From: Anthoceros angustus
Lineage: Eukaryota; Plantae; Anthocerotophyta
NCBI GenBank assembly: GCA_010909165.1
Contig: MU008159.1
Span: 620,001 to 684,000, forward strand
DNA length: 64,000 bases
Direction of reading: 5' to 3'
Shown here: positions 47,195 to 60,050 of the stretch, piece by piece
How the letters are laid out: the number at the start of each line of letters is the position of its first letter
Numbering within the stretch: position 1 is the first letter of the stretch
Translations under genes and position numbers: made by a program
The notes under the pieces: generated by a model
What the model was told of the DNA's origin: nothing
The model's database searches: none
What the model saw: the letters and a program-made list of their open reading frames with translations, nothing else

Positions 47195-49868
47195 TTAATG
47201 CTCACTGCTGGAGCTGGATCCACCTAACAGGAAGCCCGGCAGGCGAGACTCTAGGATCGCCAGCAGGGCTCTCTTACTGGACCTCATGAAGATTTCTTCA
47301 GATGAGCACAGCTGGCCAGCGTTCAGACGCAGGGCTGCCTCCACCAGCTGACCCCTAAGCCATTGGCAGAGAATGACACCACTGGCAGCCATGCACTCCT
47401 TGTACAGGGGGAGATAGGCTACAGTGACCTGTAGCTGCAATGGCAGCTCCTGCAGATGCAGAGGGGACGACCCTCGTTTCAGAGCCCTCATCACATTGAG
47501 GTGATGAGCTTGACCGAGGAGACGACCGCGCATGAAGGCTTCCTCTGACCACTCTGCTTGGAGAAATGCTCGCAACTCCGGTGTGATGGCTTCGTCATCC
47601 GACTTAGCGATGGTGTCCGCAATCTTGTAGGTTGCCTCCGGATTGTTGAGGAAGTCAGCTTGCAGGAGGAAAGCTATGCCTTTGAGAGAACCGCCACTCC
47701 GTTCTCCAGCTGCTTTCAGTATCTCTGCACTGAGAGTCTGCAGAACATGCCGAGGCACATGACCAAGTAGGTAGGCTGCAATGTCAACACGACTGCTGGA
47801 TGCAGCTGCTGTGAGTGCAAGGCACAGCTCCATGTCCTTGCATCCCCGCTGGACAAACCACTGCACCACCTGCATGCACCCCCGCTCTGCAGCTCTCATC
47901 AACGGTCCTAGAAATGCCTCCGCATTGCCTTCATCAACCAGGCACTCCATGGTGCTGATCTTGCTGTAATGTGAGGCGAAACCCAGGGCTAAGTCCACAT
48001 CCAGCTCCACATGATTTTGTTGAGCAATCTGCAACAGACGAAAGTTCCCACCTCGAACCTTTTATCGACTTGCTGGGTTACATCCAATTTAAAGAATGCA
48101 TAACATACAAAACAGGCTGTCCTTTAAACGTACCTGGAGCAGGATGCGAACAAGCTCTGTACTTCCAAAACGAGCAGCCTCAAGAAAGCATTGGTTCACA
48201 TTATCTGCACCACCCTCCACAAGCAAACCTAACAAACCCTGCATGGCACTGGCAGCAATCCCTGTGGCCCACCCAGGGTCGATGGCACTGGAAAACAGGG
48301 TCAAGGGAAAGCAGGCTGCATCAAACGCTTCCGTATAGTCTTTGGTTGTCAAACGATCCCCAGCCAGCTCCAAAAACCTTTTGAAAGCCATGAGCTGGAG
48401 GCGTGCCTCGCTGACAGAGCCTTGGCTCACTCCACCACCATCCTCCCCCTCACTCCTGCCTCTCCCGCGGGAATGGGAGCCAATACACTTGAGAGCCCAC
48501 TCGGTGAACCTCTGCACCTTTGCTGCAGCCTCAGCCTTGAGGACCTCATCGCCATTGCACTCTTGCAGTCTCTCCCGTAACCTACACAATGAACTCCACC
48601 TGACTGATCAGATTCTGCCCCAGATCGACGGCCAGGAAACCAACCATCTCCGTGGTCACCGTATGCTTTACCTGGAAGCCTTCACATCAAGCTTCCACCA
48701 CCAAAATGATTCCGACAGGCTAAATACAGAGTAACTGAACCAGGAAAGCTTGTTTCCTACAAATGATAAGCCAGCAATCAGTCCATCCTATCTCATGATC
48801 GATCACTTCACTGGCTGGCACCGCACACAGATCGAACATTCAACCGTTGCAGGTGCGGCCAGGCAGGCGCTGCTTCACTGTCTCAGCAGGTGCTTCAGGA
48901 AGCAACCAAACCATTCCAACCATGGCAGTGCAACTGCATTACACTTTTTTCTCATGTCCCGCATGTCCCCCATCACCACGACGACCACACCCCACCCAAC
49001 CCAACCCAAAGCCCAAAGCCCAAAACCCCAAACCCACCCCTCCCTCACCTTCTGTTCATACCTTTGTGCCATCACAGTGACGGTATCAGCCAAGCTCATG
49101 GTCCGACTTCTGCAAGCCGACACACAGGAGGCCAGAAACGACGTCCTGAGAGCCGCCCGGGTGAAGTCCTGAGCCCCCGCCTGGATGAGCCTCTCTATCA
49201 GCCTGGTGGCGGCCAACAGCTCCTCCTTGGTGCTCAAAAACCACACCGAGTCCAGAGCGATGCACAGCCCGTCGTTCAGCCTCTGCCCATCGGCCAGGGG
49301 GATGAAACTCTCGGCCATGGCCCAGTCATGCGTACTCACGGCCAGCTGGAACGACCTCCCGAGCTCGGCCTTGTCCCGCCTCCCGCTGGCCCGGGCCTCG
49401 TCCTCCCGCTTCTCCCTCAAGCTCACCACCCCGACCCGCCCGTCTCTACAACCCACCTTCCTCTCCTTCTCCCTCCCCAGGCTCGCCTCCTCCGCCCGCC
49501 CCACACCCTCTCGCTGGGCCTGGCCTCGTCCGCGCCTCCCGCAGGCTCACGCCAGACGCCGGCCGCTCCACCTGCAGCATGGGCACCCCGCCCTCGCACC
49601 CCTTCAATTCCCTCCTTCTCCTGCTCCCCAGCACCACCCACTTCCACTTCCACTCCTCCTCCTCCAGCATGCCCATGTTCCACCTTCTCCCTCCCCGGGT
49701 GCTGGCCACGCACTCCGGGGTGTGGGGATGGTCCACGTTGTGCCGCCCACCACACACTCCCAGGTCGCACTCGAACGCATGCCGCACCCCGTCCCCCACT
49801 CCTTCCCCGTCTTCCTCCATCGGAACCAGCGACACCGCGTCCATCAGCCCGCCGCTTCCTCTCATCAT
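47195..49868 (-). CDS. SKIP35: Ankyrin-repeat protein SKIP35-like; exons about 49868-49062, 48581-48134, 48028-47195; apparent frameshift near 49505
   Basis: ELGRSFQLAV..CIALDSVWFLST..DFTRAALRTSFLASCVSAC; KVQRFTEWALKCIG; FDAACFPLTLFS; DVDLALGFASHY; FLGPLMRAAERGCM. Start codon is uncertain (49868 or 49844). Confidence 0.9.
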
Positions 49869-52544
49869 CTCACTCCCTCACCCACCCAACAAATCTCCTC
49901 TCCTCCTCCTCCTCCTCCTCTCCTCCCGCTCCTGCTTCACGATCCGCATTCCCCGAATTGGTATGCAGGCAGAGAGGGAGATAAGCCAGCCCCCAGCACC
50001 CAGGAACCCCACACCGCTTTCCTTCCCGGATCCTTCCTCTTCCGTGCTACCTACCAGGCCTCAATTCCGTCCCCACGCAGGAATCCGTCAAGTGACCACC
50101 CCGAACCCCAGGACGGCACGCGCCGGACTCAAATCAGAAAGCAGGGCCCGCGCCATCCCCGCCCCTGCAAAATCCCCGCCCCTCTCACCACAATTCAGAC
50201 CGGACCACACCACACCAGGGTTGCAGCAACAGCAGCAGCAGCAACACCAGAACAAGCACAGCACAGGCCGCAGCTGTCAACTCTCTGACACGGCGCGCTG
50301 CGATAAAGACATGCCTGCCTGCAGTGCCTGCCCCACTGCAGGAGTAGGACGGACCCGACCGTAACACGATTAAGCAACGTAAATCAGGGAGGTGGGAGAG
50401 CGCGATCCCAGCCCGGCCGGCCCGAATCGGGTGCGCACAGGACCTCGCCTGTTGCGCAAATGCACCCAAGGGACCAAAACAGAGGAGGGAAGGAAGGAAG
50501 GAAAGCAGCAGGGCGGGGCGGCAGCAACATGTACCTCCTGCCGTGCCTCGATGGCCGATACAGCCACCCACGACGAGCCCGGAACACGGATAGTTACCCA
50601 AGCCCGCCTTCCAAACGGCGCGCGGAAACGTCGCGCCCGATTCTCACTCACCTCAACTCCCTCGACACACGCAGGTCATATTTTTGTCGCTCTTGCATAA
50701 AATTTCATCCGCGTCCCCACTCCCCGTTCCCCTTCCACCCCTCCATAGGGCATGGGGGAGCAACGTTAACAACCATGACTGGTTACACAGGAGCAAATCT
50801 CATGTATAGTTGGTATTGGAGCACTCACCGTTCAAAGATACACCTGGAAGAGACCCATCAAAGTGCCCTCCAAGCTGCTTGAAGCTTTGATCTTGTTGCA
50901 AGCAAGGACTCACGCATAGCATCTTCAAGAGTTGGAGGGATGTGCCTATCATGTCTCTAGTTAAGTTGCATTGTCTTCCTCCCAAAGAATCATTCATAGC
51001 GGGTATGTATATACGCTTAGGCCTGGTGTGGTCGGTGGTGGGGGATTGTTTCATGGAATACATGCACTGAGCTATGATCTTGCTTCACGCAACTTGGAAT
51101 CCCTCATAGTGGGTACGTTTGCTAACACTGTGGTGGGACTCTTCCTTGTCGTGTTCTCGTTCCATCAAGTACACTAAGCTATATTCTTACTTCACGTAAG
51201 GAATCGCTCATGGTGGGTAGGTTTATTGGTGGTGTGGTGGGTCTCTACCTTGCTGGTCGTGTTCCGTTCCTTCTTGCTACCTTGTTATGGTGGGAGCAAG
51301 GACCGTTGGTTATTTATGATAGCATGCACCATGTACTCTTTGAGATAGATGAGTCCGGCTGCCACTTGCGGGATGTACATCTAGCAATAGATGAGCGCAT
51401 TTGCCACTAGCTGGCAAGCTTCAGGACTACGGACCTTTGTCAGGGATAGTTGGGTGCCGTCTTCAATAAGCAAGAGGGTGGAAATGGGCTGCGTCGTTAT
51501 TGTGTTCACATATGAAGTGGGGTTTTTTGGAACAAGGTTGTAGTGCGGAGCTCGAAAGCTCAACAACTCTTGTCGGTGCTTCAAATCTTTCTAATATATA
51601 TGCAAACATTAGAGACCTAATATATTTCTCACACATCCGAGTATCTTATACAGATAAAGATAGATAAATTCACACAAAGATAATATAAATAAAACTTATG
51701 TTGTCTAGCTATGCATGACTATCTGGGTGGAGTAGTAGGTCATCATGCTAGTTCCACGCACTAGAAGACCCTGGTTGGGGCTTGGGAATATACGGAGTCA
51801 TTATAGAATCGTATACCATATGGAGTATGAAACGTTACTAAATTCTTCATCTTAACCTAGAGTGAAGAAGAAGAAGAAGGATTTTATTTAAGTCCACTAA
51901 GGACGGATTTCCGTCATGGGACTTGGTATTTAATAACTTGTACCATGGTGTGCCTAAGCTATTTGCACCAAGGGCATCCACTCCCTTTAGGCACCCCATC
52001 TAAGTACCAATCTAAGCTCAGGATGCTTGATCATGACGTTCTTATAAATGTGTGTCCATTTGGCCTAAGGGGTGGCCGAAGGGTTCCAGCCCTATTTCAA
52101 AAAATAGGAGGAATGCTTTTGGATATATTTTGGTGTATATATAGCCTATAATCACTCATAAATGCATATATTACTTATACACCAAGGGGTCCCACCCTAT
52201 TTTTTGGAAAAATAGGAGGAATGCTCTTGATAAGCTTTTAGTGTAGATATAATATACTCATTCTACTCCTATTAAAATAATATATTTCTCATGATGTGCG
52301 GCTTTTTGCTAGAAAACTAATTTAATTATAGGTGAATACTAAAAAGGATGAAGCTTTATTTTTTCAAACCAAGATGACCCCCTCCATCCATAATAGCCTA
52401 GTAGAAGATGTGCCTCACCAAAGATATTACAGTGGAGTAAAGCTTTTTGAAATTAGCTTTCTAAAATATCGGCAAAACTCACACTACGTGCGAGCGAAAC
52501 CATAATAGCATCCAGCTCTCCACCGGGTGGACAGGTGGACACCG

Positions 52545-53560
52545 GTATGTTCAGATGACATGTACACGCATAATAGATTGTGAACGGATCAATTAATGCA
52601 TATAAAAAAAATCAGTTCCCCAATCAGAAGACTTGCCAACTAAGATTGGTGCAGCCAGCGGCTTCCTCCCTCCTTGCATGTGAGTGCGGCTCTTATAACT
52701 CTAAGATACATCTTGCGCATTGTCCCCGTAAGGATGAACGTATTGCCACCCACTATGACCATTAAGACAGGCCACCGGGATGAAGAGGTGGACGCCAATA
52801 TGTTCAGATGATATGTACATCCATAATAGATCATGAGGGATCGATTAATGCATATTAAAAAATCAGTTTTCCAATGAGAAGACTCGCCCATCCGTCTAGG
52901 ATTGGTGCAGCTAGCGGCTTCCTCCCTCCTTGCCTGTGAGTGCAGCTTTGATGACTTCAAAATACATCTTGTGCGTTGCTCCTATAAGGATCAACGTATT
53001 GCCACCCATAATGCCATATGATGTCATGTTCGCAATGGCTCACGAAAGTGGCCTGAAGGGAGCGTTGGTACACTCTTCGTACAGGTTAGACACTCATGGT
53101 TGACTTGTGCCGCGTCCGCGGCAACCAGGTCTCAGCGGCGGATGTAGTGGTCGGATCGTTGCGTATGTCCGCAGGGGTCATCACTAACCATTCAGGTTGA
53201 CCGGTAGTTGGAGCGGCAATTCTCAAGGTCCGGAAGTAGAACGGGATGCAAGCGGGCCATCTGTTAATTCCAATTGCCCTAGAAATGTATAGGGAGATGG
53301 CTAAGGACTTTGATAAATTTATCAAAGTATTGCGCTAAAGCTTACCATGCTCGCAGGCACGTTGTAGGGCTGTTCCTTTCTTATTTCACGATATTGTTCC
53401 AACAGTTTGTTTCCATTGCCCTCCAGCGGGGCACTCGTAGTGGCGATCCTTCGTAAGGCAACGACAATAGGTGATGCATCTCCTCTTCTTTTATATTATA
53501 GTATGTTGGCCATTTATTCTTCTTGCATATGACATTGTTAGCACAGAAGGTGGCTCCATG
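52545..53560 (+). mobile_element. CRE-like 3' fragment with tandemly duplicated CCHC knuckle (about 253-bp period) and RLE tail
   Basis: LVQPAASSLLACECGS...HLAHCPRKDERIATH occurs twice (about 52545-52760 and 52797-53020), followed by AAILKVRK, LIPIALEMY and VSIALQR. Confidence 0.8.
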
Positions 53561-53639
53561 TAGGGAACTTAATTGCTCCTTTCTGCCATGACCCTCGAGG
53601 TCTCCCTATATTCTCCTCTGCTCGATGGGCCCTCTCATC

Positions 53640-56600
53640 ATTTTTTTTCCTTCATATTTTTTTTCTTTTTTTAAATCAAAAAACACATTACCGGATGACC
53701 CTATTTCGTCTACTGCTCCTAGAACATCATATACAGGAAGAACAAATGGCCCGCAAATGACGGAGGAAGAGGAAGAAGTGTCACTTGCCGCCGCCGCCTT
53801 GTGAAGGATTGCCGTCGAGATGGCCCTTTGAAGGGCAATGGAGACTCGCTGTGTGAAGTAAGGTATGAAATAAGAAAGGGGCAACCCCGCGCCATGCCTG
53901 CGGGCGTGGTAGGATTTGGCACAGGACTTGAGAAATTGATCGAAGTCCGTAGCCATTACCCCATACGTTTCGAGTGCGAGCGGAATAAAGAAGTGGCCTA
54001 CTTGCATCCTGCTATACTTTCGGACCTTGAGAGCCGCAGCACCGGCGGTAGCCCAACCAGGACAGTTAGTGATAGAGTGGAGATAGTGTCTCGAGCAGGG
54101 TCAGTAACCACCACGTTCGCCACCGAAACCTAGTCACCACGGACAAAGTACAAGTCAGCCCTGATTGAGCGACTTGTTCGAAGAGTGTACCCTTGCTCCC
54201 TCTAGGCCATGTAGCCGCTTTCGCGAGCTATGGCAAATATGACATCACGGATAGCGTTGTGGATGGCGATGCGATGACCCCCATGGGGACAACGAGCAAG
54301 ATGTACCCAGAGTCATCGAGGGTAGAGCCGCACTCGCAAGTAAAAAGGGAAGACGCCACAGGCTCAAGCAGGCCAAGATAGAATTGCATTGCAGTAGTGA
54401 AGGTGGCTAATGCAATGATAAAACCGCGCATACATGGATGAGCTAGAAGCCAAGCGCCTGTGCCCTTACCAGAACAAGAGCGAAGCGGAGCTCTCGTGGA
54501 CCTAGGGATGGAGGAGAAGACGGACTGGAAAGCTTGGCCAAGCTGCTTCTCAAGCAACAACACTTACAACCCCCTGAAACCATCGGAGATAAACGGAAAA
54601 TCCCGCCAAGCATTCGCAGAAAGCAGTTCCCTTGCCTGCCTCAAGGAAATTTGGAGAGGGAAGGTTCCCTTCTCCACACTAGACACAAGATCCTCTAGAA
54701 AGGGCCTATCCTGGAGAATGAAGCGAGAGGCTAGAGCAGGAGCTGATAGGGCCCAGCTAACTAAAAAAGCCATCGGGGAAAAAACTTCCAGTGAGAGAAG
54801 GCCAGCGCCCCCAAACTGCACTGGCATGGATGCTTGCCAGGGGGCCAAATCGCCCGCAGGGCACTCGAAAGCCCCTGGGCCCATGATATCACCAAGAGTA
54901 TCCATTATCTTCCTCTCAAACCCCTAAAGTCGAAACATGAGAACCGGAGTCGGGAGGAGCGTGCGGATGAAGTAACTAGGGTGCCTAGCAAAGCAGGAGG
55001 AAAGAAATCGTAAGGCCACCTGAGCATCCCCAACAAGGGGAGGTCCTCAACATGGGATAGGTCCTTCGCAAGAGCCTGGTCCAGGAAGCTCCCAATGAAG
55101 TCAGGGGAGCCGAAGGGGACCCCCAAAATCCGTAGACCTAAGGCCGGAGCAATCTCCCTAACAGGGAATTGCAAACTGGGGAGGATACTCGACGGGAACC
55201 AAACGCGGCACTTAGAGAGCTTTACTTTTAAGCCAACCAAAAAAAGCTCATGGAAGAAGAGCTGGAAGGCCTCTTGAACCTTGTCTCCAGGCCCAAGGAT
55301 GTGAGAGTCGTCTGCCAACGACGGGAAGAAACAATCACGTGCAGAGGAAGCAGCCCTGGAAAGGACCCTGTAGTGGGCGATAGCAAAGAGGGCACCACCT
55401 AAAGGGTCACCTTGCTTGGTAACTCGGGTGATTCAAGGCGGAAGCAGACAAATCCCGAGGCGTGTCGGGGATAAGAGAATAGAAGGCGTCTAAGTAGAAA
55501 GGGACAAAAGGTATAAGGCTCCCCAGGACACCACCAACGTCCCTGAGCTCCTCGAAGATGACGCTCTTGGAAATGGTATTATAGGCCTTTTCAACATCCA
55601 CCTGTAAAACAACCCAATCCGGGTGGGTGTTAAGGCATGCCTGCACGCCAAACACCACGGACTCGCAACCCCCCGGAGTAGCAGTGCCAAATTGTAGGGG
55701 GTAAAGGTGCTGCTGGAGGAGGGAGTGGCACTGAAGGGCAATAGCACGGCTAAGGAGCCGCATGAAGGCTTCCCCAACCGCCAACGCACGCCAGAGCCCG
55801 AGGCACTTAAGAGATCCGATGAGTCGTTTCCCCCTGTGCTATGGCAACAGCCAGGGAAAAGAGCAGCGGAAAGCTGCTAGTTGGTCTTCAAGGAGAAAAA
55901 GGTCCCGAAGATGCTCAAACACCATCCCAGACAGCCCGACAGAAGAAAGATGTCGGGCCGTAGAGAGAGCCAGAGCAAAAGCTGCGCGGTCCAGGGAGAA
56001 GGGGTCCTCAGGGACATAGTTGAGTATGTCCGGGGGGATGGCATAATTTGAAATTTGGATGGAGGCACGAAGGCAATAGTCTCCTCGAAGCAGGGGCCCA
56101 GGAAGGGGTGGAGCCCAAAATGGCATATTCTCTTGCTTGACCTAACAACTTGCGCACAGGTTTCTTTGCCACCCGGCTTGTTCCACTGCGTGATTCCTGC
56201 CTTGGAAGCCCGCAATGCCTCCTCTTGAAGAGATGCCCAATCGCCAGCCCGAAAGCGACGGAGGCGACTAGTGACCTCCCGATGACCAGAAGCCCCGCCC
56301 CTAGTAAAACGCAGACACCATTGCGGTAGAAGCAGAAGAAGATACTAGGCCAGCTCGTCGTGGGAGTCGAGCGCAAGGCGATCCAGAGGAAGACGGAATG
56401 CTAAGCGTGCATCATCATGGAGGTGCATGAGAATCTTGCGAAAGATGTGCGGGCATGGAAAGCGGGTTCCAAACAACCCAAGGACATGTGATCCTGCTGA
56501 GCACGCAACCAATCCCATGATAACAGAGGCACCCCTAGAAGGACGACACCAGACACTGAAACTTGTGCCACGGAGCTGGTGGAGGTCGCAAGACGTACTT

Positions 56601-57000
56601 GGGCAGCCCAAGTAGTCTGGTCAAAGTCCTTATGCATGTGCCCAATATGGGTTTTCACCCCCTTAACACCGCAATAGAGCAGAGCACAGACTGGACAGGG
56701 AGTGTCCTTGACGGTTACATAAGGTGTGGACTGCCCCATCGCAGAGAGAAGTTTTCGCAGAGAGAAGAATTCGCAGAGAGAAGAATTCGCAGAGAGAGAA
56801 CAAACTGCAGATACTAGCCTGGGGATGACAGGGCCAAGGAGGCATCGGGGACCAGGGACAGAGAGTCCCCGACCCTTACCGAACATACAAAGTTTTAGCT
56901 CCGTATGGCAAACCCGAGAGACCGGCCAAAAGGCCCCGCCTAGAGGGGATCACCCTGACACTCACGTCACAGGCAATATGACCCCTTGGCGGCTTCTTGT
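53640..57000 (-). mobile_element. Near-full-length CRE-like non-LTR retrotransposon (C2H2 ZnF - RT - CCHC - RLE), several frameshifts, A-rich tail
   Basis: CPVCALLYCGVKGVKTHIGHMH; AVGEAFMRLLSRA..PLQFG..GGCE..LQVDVEKAYN; KQGDPLGGALFA; LADDSH; TCECG..DDSGYILLVVP; IRADLYF..VVVTDP..KVRKY..PLALETYG..RVSIALQR. A-rich tail at 53672-53640. The 5' boundary is approximate. Confidence 0.9.
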
Positions 57001-57267
57001 CCGCTGATTGTACATATGCAAAAACAAATCTCCAGCGCTTCATCTAGGAATGTTAAATATAAAAATAATAATCTATTAATAACGTCTACTCTATTCTCTC
57101 TATAATCATAACCCTGCTATTGTTATATTAAATTTTTAGTGATAAAATAATTTCAGCATAGTTATATATTTTTATAAATAGAAATAGAAATGATGGGTCC
57201 ACCATACATAGATTGGATCACCAAAGCATGCATCTTTAGAAACCATAATATCTTTGTGACTAAAAAA

Positions 57268-59496
57268 TCAAGTCTTCATATCAATACGGAGTGGGGGTAT
57301 TGGTGAATCATGAGGTGGGGGCGGTGGTGGCGTCATGACCATTGGAGGAGGCGGTGATGTTGATGCACTTCCGAGTTCTGGTCCACCATAATACAAGAAA
57401 GTTCCTTGAAGACCATCACCGCGATCTCCTTGAATAGCGAAGAGAATGTCGTAGCGAGTTGGATCTGTCTGCAACAACTTGGTAAGCACATCTACCTTAT
57501 TTGGTGTTACTTGACTTGCATCTTCACTGTCGGTTTCATAAAACTTCAAATCATGTTGCCACGCAGGTAAGTCTTGGATAGTTTTAGCTGTTAAGCACTC
57601 TGAACCCTTCTTACCATTTCCCATTTGCGTAAAGCCATCCACAGTGGTTGTGACCAGTCCACCCCACTCCAATCTATTTGCACTAGAGTCCTGCATCATC
57701 CCTTGCGTAAATATGGAGCTTGGCCAATAACCTATTTTCTGCCCTTGAATCTTAAACCACCAATCACCATCAACTGTTTCCTGTAAATTCCACATTGCAA
57801 ATTATAACTTTAAGAGCTATTCATTGGTGGATCAGAAAGAATAGATCACCAATATATGCATTGATTGAGAAACTTACCTTTGCAATTATAAAGTTGAGTG
57901 TAACACCATGAAAGTTGTTTACAAATCGGCCGCCAAGAATCCAAGATGATGCTATCTGAACGAAACCCATGCAACGCAGATTATAACATCCTTGGAATAT
58001 TGATTGCACCATTTCTTCTAGAGAGGTTGTAGAAATATTTGCAGTAGCTTGGGCAACTTGGGTCCCCTCCTGAATTTTAAGCGGGGGTACAACATAATCA
58101 TCCGGTGGCGGCACCGCTGGAATTGGAGGGGGCGCTGATGATGATGGAGGCTGAATTGGAGTTGATGGTGCCGGTGATGCTTGTGGTGGTATATCAAGCT
58201 CGAACTCTTGCACCTACAAATATGATTAAATAAGACAAGTTATTCTATTACATGCTCTTCTAACACGGACATACATCATTTAATTACTTTAGAACAACTA
58301 ACTTACCATTCTAACATGTACATAAGCACTTCATCACATTAGAGCAATTAACTTACCGTCCAATAAATAAACAAACGTGTATTAGTGTCAATTTTTTCGC
58401 CGTATGTAGTGGGATCTACCTTCATTAGTCATATTTGATCACCAATTAATATCAAATAACTGTTAGAAACATAATGCATGAAATCAAATACTATGAATAA
58501 AACAATCCAACAAACTTGGTACACATACCATCCATCCAGCTTCAGCTGAATTATAATTATGATTTTGAGTTGCTGTCACCCATATTTGAGAGATTGATGC
58601 ATCTGACAGGCCTGGCGTGGGACTCCATAAGCTTAAACCTGCTGAGGCTCCATAATAATTTCCATACAATTGTGCTATAGCATACTGCATCAAAAAGAAG
58701 AAAATATTAGCACCATATTTCATACTGACTATGCAAAATTATAGAATAAAATGATTACTGCATTAGTTCGACATAATAAACACATACATAGGTGTCTCTG
58801 CCCGAGATATCTTTATCAGTGTTTAATTGACGCATATCCTGATTCCGGGCCATCCTAATGCTTGCATGCCTCCATTCTTGCTCAAGTTCCTTCTCAAAAA
58901 CACGTTCCACTGGAATTGTGCCCTTAGGACAACTGCCAACTTCTTCATGGAAAACTTGGTATTTTGGTGTACTTTCTTCACTTTCCGTAAAAAGTATTTC
59001 ATCCATTTTTTTCAGCTTCTAAAGTATCCAAACAACATAGCACATACACACAACTCTTCAATTATTATACCTGAAAACCATTTTATTCACAGACAAAATG
59101 TACCGTAAGTTAAACATAGCCACACTTACGTACCTTGAAAAAATCTTCTCTAATTGCAGGATGCTGCAATGACAATTGATCCTCTATTTTTACGCAATCA
59201 ATTATACTCCCATCTGAAAGCTAATGATGTAACACATGTATAAAATCATGCACAACATAGTGGATTGACTATACAATTACTCTCGTTATCTATGAAAAAT
59301 ACATCATATAGAAATTAAAATGGCTATGCGTACAACTTTCCGATTCAAATTGCAAACATGATATATTCACCTGATGTGACTCTACAAAAGGGCGATTGAT
59401 CATGGACAAGTCCTGGAAGGATGAATCAGCATTTGCGCTCAAAGACACATAAATTATAAGCATACAAATGACTTGGATAATATAATATCGTGCCAT
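57268..59496 (-). CDS. Neprosin-domain secreted protein (signal peptide + activation peptide + peptidase G3-like domain) with Pro-rich insert and tail
   Basis: Signal peptide MARYYIIQVICMLIIYVSLSANA; LSDGSIIDCV; CPKGTIPV; SISQIWV..NSAEAGWM; small exon VDPTTYGEKIDTNTRLFIYWT; GCYNLRCMGFVQ; GDWWF..IGYWPSSIF; EWGGL; TQMGNG; LYYGGP. Confidence 0.9.
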
Positions 59497-59879
59497 AATG
59501 GTTCTCAATCCACTTCTATAATATGAACATCAATGAGAACAAAAAGGTTAGTACACTCTGACTAATACGTTCAGGATCTGTACACTTGAATACATATATA
59601 GTCTAAAATTTCATCATAGACTCGATAACTAGAGATAATACTTTGTTTGATGATTAAACAAATTTACTGATAAGATCATATATTAATATGAAAATTATTT
59701 GACATATCTACAGTACTTAAGATATTTCAATAAATTTATATCTATATATAAATATATAAATTATTTTATAGCTTACTTCAGACAGTGAGTTTTCATTGCC
59801 CTTATCTACAGTACCTAAGATATTTGAATAAATTTATACCTATATATAAATATATAAATTATTTCATAACTTACTTCAG

Positions 59880-60050
59880 ACAGCGAGTTTTCATTGCCCT
59901 TTATAGGGCCATCTAGACGGAAATCCTTTACAAAGATCTAGACGGAAATCCTTTACAAAGCTGCGATAGCAAGTGACTTCTTCCTCTGTCATTTGCAGAC
60001 CATTTATTCTTCCTAGATATGATGTTCTAGGAACAATAGATAACTTAAGG
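59880..60050 (+). mobile_element. 5'-truncated CRE-like tail fragment
   Basis: GAGTTTTCATTGCCCTTTATAGGGCCATCT...GCAAGTGACTTCTTCC...ATGATGTTCTAGGA aligns with the 3' end of the 53.6-kb element. Adjacent 98-bp (59706/59804) and 25-bp tandem duplications. Confidence 0.75.

Noticed and set aside
48890-50364. Long plus-strand ORFs (364, 367 and 261 aa)
   Set aside because: Antisense shadows of the GC-rich SKIP35 exon 1; low-complexity, with no motifs.
56938-56985. Possible HDV-like ribozyme in the CRE 5' region (minus: GGGGTCA/TGATCCC, GCCTG/TAGGC, TGAC/GTCA pairings)
   Set aside because: The helix order is suggestive, but P1.1 and P4 are absent, L3 has no C residues and a simple hairpin explains the pairing. 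An RNAMotif/Infernal scan across family 5' ends would be needed.
58307-58310. 4-nt microexon AATG (AG|AATG|GTAAGT) that could skip the neprosin Pro-rich insert in frame
   Set aside because: The upstream intron would be only 46 nt and the donor looks like a local duplication of the real one. Not supportable without RNA-seq.
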